IMG/VR virus record: IMGVR_UViG_3300023238_000006
Span: 64,001 to 111,400 of that record
Source: a virus
Taxonomy: Duplodnaviria; Heunggongvirae; Uroviricota; Caudoviricetes
Strand: one strand, 5' to 3'
Length of the DNA stretch: 47,400 nt
Shown here: in pieces, positions 47,106-47,400 of the stretch
How positions within the stretch are numbered: position 1 is the first letter of the stretch
Layout of the letters: each line of letters starts with the position of its first letter
Notes under the pieces: model-generated
What the model was told of the DNA's origin: nothing
Databases searched by the model: none
What the model saw: the letters and a program-made list of their open reading frames with translations, nothing else
Program-made: the position numbers and the translations under genes

Positions 47106-47399
47106 TTACAGCTCTACGTAGCTAGCTGCTGCTAGATTACCTGCAACGTAAGATAGTGTAGTTGATGCACTCTCTGTCACTGTACTACCTTTGTTGTAGT
47201 AATGCTTAACTAAATCCATTCCATCAACTCCATACGACAGCACATCTCTATAGTATATTGTAGTATTGTCATCACCTGTGTATCTAACAACTGTGAGGTT
47301 AGAATTGACATCATACTCTGTAGCTATTATATCTAAAGAACCAAGTATCTTATCATACCTCTTAATAGCTCCTGCTGTACCAAGTGCTCTATCTATATC
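47106..47399 (-). CDS. Partial structural protein (C-terminal 97 aa; start lies beyond the window)
   Basis: Open frame from the window edge: DIDRALGTAG...LSYVAGNLAAASYVEL, stop at 47106-47108. Confidence 0.65.
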   Translation of the reverse strand, partial: DIDRALGTAGAIKRYDKILGSLDIIATEYDVNSNLTVVRYTGDDNTTIYYRDVLSYGVDGMDLVKHYYNKGSTVTESASTTLSYVAGNLAAASYVEL

Positions 47400-47400
47400 G

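Noticed and set aside
1-47400. Specific host assignment (e.g. Campylobacterota)
   Set aside because: AAGGA RBS and extended -10 promoters without -35 are compatible but not diagnostic; only a Gram-negative host (spanins) is supported.

Overview
This is a 47.4-kb segment of an N4-like (Schitoviridae-type) dsDNA phage genome. Spanin-like genes suggest a Gram-negative host. On the + strand (1-7501) lies a DNA-metabolism arm: ATP-dependent ligase, a dead GIY-YIG-like homing endonuclease, ClpP-like protease, PIN-PhoH ATPase, a second GIY-YIG-like endonuclease, a MazG-like pyrophosphatase and a UvrD-like helicase. It converges on a long - strand late region. Reading in transcription order, that region holds: a CLec-type tail fibre targeted by a diversity-generating retroelement (VR, hairpin, TR, RT; no avd seen), a second fibre with an orphan DGR-type C-terminus, an HNH-AP2 endonuclease, a lysis cassette containing a stand-alone PAS protein, then the N4 head block (portal, gp58-, gp57-, MCP-, gp55-like). 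Tail-tip genes follow, including a two-gene cassette flanked by 55-bp exact direct repeats, then gp54/53/52/51-like virion proteins and the virion RNA polymerase locus. The strongest novelty is that the vRNAP locus is split into four ORFs (1140, 204, 1862, 1379 aa). The three large pieces together contain only four cysteines, all within three residues of a terminus that faces a junction, which suggests a disulfide-linked chain. No tRNA, rRNA or CRISPR array was recognised. Family assignments come from motifs and synteny read by eye; no database search was run.
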